Of a stretch of DNA of 64,000 bases, positions 62,837 through 64,000 are shown piece after piece (position 1 is the stretch's first letter; every line of letters starts with the position of its first letter). The notes beneath the pieces were generated by a model. The model made no database searches, had not been told where the DNA came from, and saw nothing but the letters and a program-made list of their open reading frames with translations. This stretch comes from Pseudomonadota bacterium (lineage in GTDB: Bacteria; Pseudomonadota; Alphaproteobacteria; Azospirillales; Azospirillaceae), in the NCBI GenBank assembly GCA_046045995.1, contig JBJOKR010000003.1:925-64924 (forward strand), in the 5' to 3' direction. The translations under genes were made by a program, and so were the position numbers.

Positions 62837-64000
62837 GGCCCCGCCTCCACCACCAGGATGCTGCGATACCCATCGCGGTTGTCCTCGCGGGGCTTGGCGC
62901 CCAGGGTCAGGGCGGCGGTCAGGTCCAGGGTCACGGGTGGCCGATCCACCCGCACGATGTGATCCGGCATGGCGGCGTCCAGCCGCTCCGCGATTTCCGC
63001 CACCATGCGGACGGCCGCCGCCTCTCCCGTGCGGTCGGGGATGACCAGCTCGATCTCCAGCCGCGGCGGGGGCGGCGGGGCCAGTTCCCACACCGGACCG
63101 GTATTGCCCGACCGGCCCGCCGCCGTCGGCTGGTCCGGGGCGGTCCAGGTCACGGATTCAACCTGGATTTCCGGCGGCAGCAGGGTCACCAGCGTCTCCA
63201 GCAGGGGGGCCGGGCTGGACGGCTGGCTGCGCCAGGCGGCGGCGAAGCCCACGGCTGCTTCAGCGAAGCGGGGGGGGATGGGGTTGCCCAGCAGGGTGGA
63301 CAGGGTGGCATCCCGGTCGGCGCCCAGGCGCGCCATCTCCTCATTCACTGCCTGGGTCTGCTGGCGCAGGTCCAGAAGCCCCGCCCCGTCGGACGCGATC
63401 TGCCCGGCGACCGCAAGGGACAGCCCGGCCACGACCCAGGTGCCCGCCCGGGCCAGCCCGTCCACCCGGTGGCGCAGGCGCCAGCTTTCCGGCAGCACAT
63501 CCATCCGCGGCACGGCCCGGCGGGCGGCCCAGGCCAGGGACAGGCTGTCCGCCGTATCCGCCGCCGCCAGGGGCCCCGTCCCTTCCACCAGCGGGCGCCC
63601 CAGGGACAGCATGTCCAGGGCGGTGCTGGTATCGGCGACCACGGCGGTGCTGATGGGTAGGGCGGAACCCTCCAGTTCCTCCTGCCAGGTGGCGGGTCCG
63701 ATGGCGACGACGCGGATGCCCGCCCGGCCGGAAAAGCCAAGTCGGGCCAGATAGCCCAGGGTAGATCGTACCTCCGCCCCCAGCTCCCCTTCCACCTCCC
63801 CTGTGGAAGGCGTGATGCGGGTCAGCACCATTTCCCGGTCGCGCAGCACGATCTGGCGGATGCCGCCCGTCCAATGGCGCAGCAGCAGCAGGGTCCAGGT
63901 CTCCCCCTCCTCCGCGGCGGGGGCCTTCGCCTCCGCCGGGGGCGGGGGCAGCAGGCCCTGGGCCAGGGTCCAGGCCATGTCGGCGACTTCCACCGGCAAC
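62833..64000 (-). CDS. PilM/PilN-like fused pilus assembly protein, 5' end beyond the window
   Basis: The frame is open to the window edge. A cytoplasmic domain, then TM segment GTWVVAGLSLAVAGQIA, then a coiled coil and periplasmic domain, as in PilN/GspL/MshI-type proteins. Very divergent. Confidence 0.4.
   Translation of the reverse strand, partial: LPVEVADMAWTLAQGLLPPPPAEAKAPAAEEGETWTLLLLRHWTGGIRQIVLRDREMVLTRITPSTGEVEGELGAEVRSTLGYLARLGFSGRAGIRVVAIGPATWQEELEGSALPISTAVVADTSTALDMLSLGRPLVEGTGPLAAADTADSLSLAWAARRAVPRMDVLPESWRLRHRVDGLARAGTWVVAGLSLAVAGQIASDGAGLLDLRQQTQAVNEEMARLGADRDATLSTLLGNPIPPRFAEAAVGFAAAWRSQPSSPAPLLETLVTLLPPEIQVESVTWTAPDQPTAAGRSGNTGPVWELAPPPPPRLEIELVIPDRTGEAAAVRMVAEIAERLDAAMPDHIVRVDRPPVTLDLTAALTLGAKPREDNRDGYRSILVVEAGP

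Noticed and set aside
1-64000. Mobile elements (IS, transposase, integrase), prophage genes, tRNA/rRNA genes and CRISPR-Cas
   Set aside because: Reading the ORF translations and intergenic regions turned up no DDE, serine or tyrosine recombinase-like proteins, no cloverleaf-like tRNA sequences and no repeat-spacer arrays. A tRNAscan, Infernal or ISfinder run would be needed to exclude them formally.

Overview
This is a GC-rich segment that looks alphaproteobacterial, based on an RPA-type RepA, FlaF/FlbT flagellin regulators and DUF1217. It probably comes from a plasmid or chromid: it opens inside a repA gene and carries a parA-parB partition operon flanked by a 16-bp palindrome. All calls come from reading the sequence and the supplied ORF track; no database search was run.

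Content by region:
- 0-5.3 kb: repA (partial), an FAD-linked oxidase, a UDP-glucuronate-epimerase-like SDR, a DUF3445 protein and KpsF.
- 5.3-8.5 kb: small hypotheticals, a coupled Pro/Ala-rich secreted protein plus SH3b/SPOR protein, and an RHH protein.
- 8.7-25.5 kb: a flagellar late-gene island. It holds flgE-flgK-flgL with sigma54 promoters, flbT, a flaG-like gene, two methyltransferases, a TPR-GT41 glycosyltransferase, one short flagellin, two flaF paralogs, an unknown Asn/Thr/Gly-rich protein and a DUF1217 protein.
- 25.5-35.2 kb: DUF2934 and HD-domain genes, then a sux-like sucrose locus (LacI regulator, Na+/solute symporter, TonB-dependent receptor, amylosucrase, ROK kinase).
- 35.2-45.5 kb: a GADEF/EAL protein, an ATP-grasp/DedA/TTC38-like operon, a LysR regulator, a structured inverted repeat, a redoxin, an MCP, and DoxX and YHS proteins.
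- 45.7-49 kb: parAB with parS-like palindromes and a DUF1612-like gene.
- 49-58.3 kb: PepSY protein plus TonB siderophore receptor, a transglutaminase-like protein, a third TonB-dependent receptor, and an SBP plus permease with no ATPase.
- 58.4-64 kb: a compact, translationally coupled type IV pilus-like operon (PilM/N-like, PilO-like, PilP-like, PilZ, prepilin peptidase, TPR protein, PilT) that runs off the window.

I saw no rRNA, tRNA, CRISPR array, transposase or integrase. Many long ORFs in the track are antisense or out-of-frame shadows typical of high-GC DNA and were not called.

The most interesting unexplained items are:
- the flagellin-modification module;
- the unknown flagellar-operon protein at 23471-24475;
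- a roughly 130-150 bp structured repeat present three times;
- the membrane ATP-grasp/DedA pair;
- the PilZ-containing pilus operon.
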